Positions 61,632-64,000 of a stretch of 64,000 nt of DNA are shown one piece after another. The position numbers and the translations under genes were made by a program. Within the stretch, counting starts at the first letter, position 1. Each line of letters starts with the position of its first letter. Under the pieces are notes generated by a model that saw nothing but the letters and a program-made list of their open reading frames with translations, was not told where the DNA came from and made no database searches. The DNA comes from Nitrospirota bacterium (GTDB lineage: Bacteria; Nitrospirota; Nitrospiria; Nitrospirales; NS-4): positions 64,001-128,000 of the forward strand of contig CAWBGA010000001.1 of the NCBI GenBank assembly GCA_963788195.1, written 5' to 3'.

Positions 61632-64000
61632 TTATTCAGCCTCCTCGTGTTGTAAACGCTCTTTCAACTCCGAAAGTTTGTTCAGCGCTTCCAGCGGCGT
61701 CATCTTGAAAAGATCCATCTGACGTACTTCATTCAGGATTGGATGCGCGGGAGGCAGGGTTGGATCAATCTCTGATTGAAGGCTTGGCGGTCCCTCCCCC
61801 GTCAGCCTTATCCTCGCTGCTCATGCCGCTTTCTAAGCGGGCCAACACCTCCTGCGCGCGCGCTATAATAGGGCGCGGAATGCCGGCCAGGCGGGCTACG
61901 TGGAGGCCATAGCTGCGATCGCTGCCGCCTTCGACGATCTTACGCAAGAAGAGGATTTCGTCGCCTCGCTCGCGAACCGCGACATTATAGTTGCGGACGC
62001 CCGGGTGGGTGTTCGCAAGCTCCGTGAGTTCATGGTAGTGAGTCGCGAAGAGCGTTCGCGCGCCGATCCGTGCGGGATCGGCGAGGGCTTCGGCCACTGA
62101 CCACGCAAGACTGAGGCCGTCGAAGGTGCTGGTCCCGCGGCCGATTTCATCCAAAAGAATGAGGCTTCGGGCGGTCGCATGATGAAGGATGTTGGCTGTC
62201 TCGGTCATTTCCACCATGAATGTGCTGTGACCCTCAAGCAAATTATCGGAAGCCCCGACACGCGTGAAGATACGGTCAACGGCCCCGATGACGGCGGCTT
62301 TGGCCGGAACAAAGGAGCCGATCTGGGCCAGTAACACGATCAACGCGGTCTGCCGTAGATATGTGCTCTTTCCGGCCATGTTTGGGCCGGTGATGATAAG
62401 CAGACGATGGGTGGGACCCCCGAGTTGGACGTCATTCGGAATAAAGCCCCCTGGCAGCCGTTCTTGTTCCAGGACCGGATGGCGGCCATCCTTGATGACC
62501 AGTCGATCGTCGGAGGTCAGCTCCGGCCGACAGTAGCCGTGGTCCGAAGCCACGAGGGCCAGCGATATCACGACATCGAGGGCCGCGAGCACCTGCGCGA
62601 GCTGTTGAATGCGCGGGGCGGCTGTTGCCGCAGTGCCGCGGAGCGAATCAAACAGTTGGAACTCCAAGGTGCGAATGCGTTCTTCGGCCCCCATGACCGT
62701 GTCTTCAAGGGTTTTCAGTTCCTGAGTCGTATAACGCTCGGCATTTGCCAGGGTCTGTTTGCGAGTGTAATGGTTGGGAACCCGCGCCAGGTTTGTGTTT
62801 GTAATTTCGATGTAATAGCCGAATACCTGGTTGTAGCGGATTTTCAATGACTCGATACCGGTTGTCTCGCGCTCTCGGAGCTCAATCTGTGCGATCCATG
62901 CTTTCCCATCCCGCCTGATGACTCTTAAGTCATCAAGCGCGGAATCGTAGCCATCACGGATGAGGCCGCCTTCTTTCACAGACGCAGGCGCGTCAGCCCG
63001 GATGGCGTGTTCAATTTTCGTGGCCAGTTCGGCCAGGTCATCCCATCGCTCATGGCGACGTTTCAGAAAAGGCGCGGTGCAAGCCGCTAGTTGCTCATTG
63101 ATATGGGGAACAGAGGCGATAGAATCCTTCAGCGCCAGCAGATCGCGCGCGTTTGCTCCCCCGAGGACGACTCGAGTCGTGAGACGCTCAAGGTCCGCAA
63201 CAGATTTTAGACTCGTGCGGAGCCTGCTCCGCCGCTCGAAGTCGCCATGCAACTCAGCGACCGCTTCTTGGCGTTCCAGGATGGGAGCGACTTCCGTCAG
63301 GGGATGTAGGACCCATGAGCGTAACAGGCGAGCGCCCATGGCCGTCATCGTTCGGTCGAGCGCGCTCAACAGCGATCCTTCGGGACGACTATCGATGGAC
63401 CTTCGCACGAGCTCAAGGTTACGTTGAGTAGCCCGATCGAGCGCCATGATCGGTCCCCCGCCTTGCATCGAGAGTTTCGCGACATGTGATAAGGGCATCC
63501 CCGGTTGTGTGTCTTTGACGTACTTGAGAAGCGCTCCGGCCGCGTTGACGACAAGGGACTTCTCATCGCATCCGAATCCCGACAGAGAAGCCACCTGGAA
63601 TTGCTCCAACAGCAGGGCCCTAGAAAACTCGCGATCAAATATCGTCGAGTCGGCTGAAGTGATGGCAGGAGAGAATCCCTGGAAAAGGTGTCGTAGTCGC
63701 TCGAAGTGATCTACAGGCACCAAGAGCTCACGGGGCTCGATCCGGATAAGCTCGTCCCGCAAGCGGTCTTCCCATTCGCCCATCAGTTCCAAGGCCCGAA
63801 AGTCGCCCGTTGAGAGATCCAGCCAAGCCAGCCCCGCGCCTTCTACGGCCGGACACAATGCTGCTAAAAAGTTCGGCTCTGCCGCGGTGAGGAGGTCAGA
63901 TTCAATCAAGGTTCCAGGTGTATAGATCCGGACGACTTCGCGGCGTACCAAACCTTTCGCTAGGCGCGGATCTTCCACCTGCTCACACATGGCGACAGAG
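61632..64000 (-). CDS. mutS: DNA mismatch repair protein MutS (5' end outside window; frameshift near 61798)
   Basis: TGPNMAGKSTYLRQ, STFMVEM, DEIGRGTS, FATHYHEL, SYGLHVA; the shifted frame gives MTPLEALNKL..LK tail ending at 61632. Confidence 0.96.

Overview
Bacterial chromosomal window, GC-rich. Gene content and synteny resemble Nitrospirota/Nitrospira (inference, not verified). It is mostly housekeeping DNA. In order it carries: a sensor module (substrate-binding protein, kinase, FadL-like porin, REC-kinase, NtrC-like activator); a Cu(I) P1B ATPase; three tandem paralogous Cys-rich membrane-anchored proteins; murU/amgK; GH57-GH57-galT; ttuB-ttuA-trmI; a Kef antiporter; dsrE-tusA; NrdR-regulated nrdJ; rpsU, nth and polA; a five-gene HEAT-repeat operon; ugd; the rimP-nusA-infB-rbfA-truB-rpsO-pnp operon; a second two-component pair; an orphan clpX; two exported unknowns behind a Fur-like box; and mutS. 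About 15 reading-frame breaks, all explicable as +1 insertions and many in essential genes, indicate sequencing or assembly error rather than pseudogenes. The most striking unexplained structure is a ~47-nt intergenic repeat family with at least 15 copies at five loci. Its layout is G-run, A-rich linker, fully covarying 7-8 bp stem around a conserved TCYYGG-like loop, then GGG-N-GGG-N-GGG. Units occur in head-to-tail tandems and nested inside each other's loop right after GTC. They have the layout of a G-quadruplex/duplex hybrid, and one has replaced the stop codon of the ubiquitin-like sulfur carrier. No rRNA, tRNA, CRISPR array or transposase was seen.
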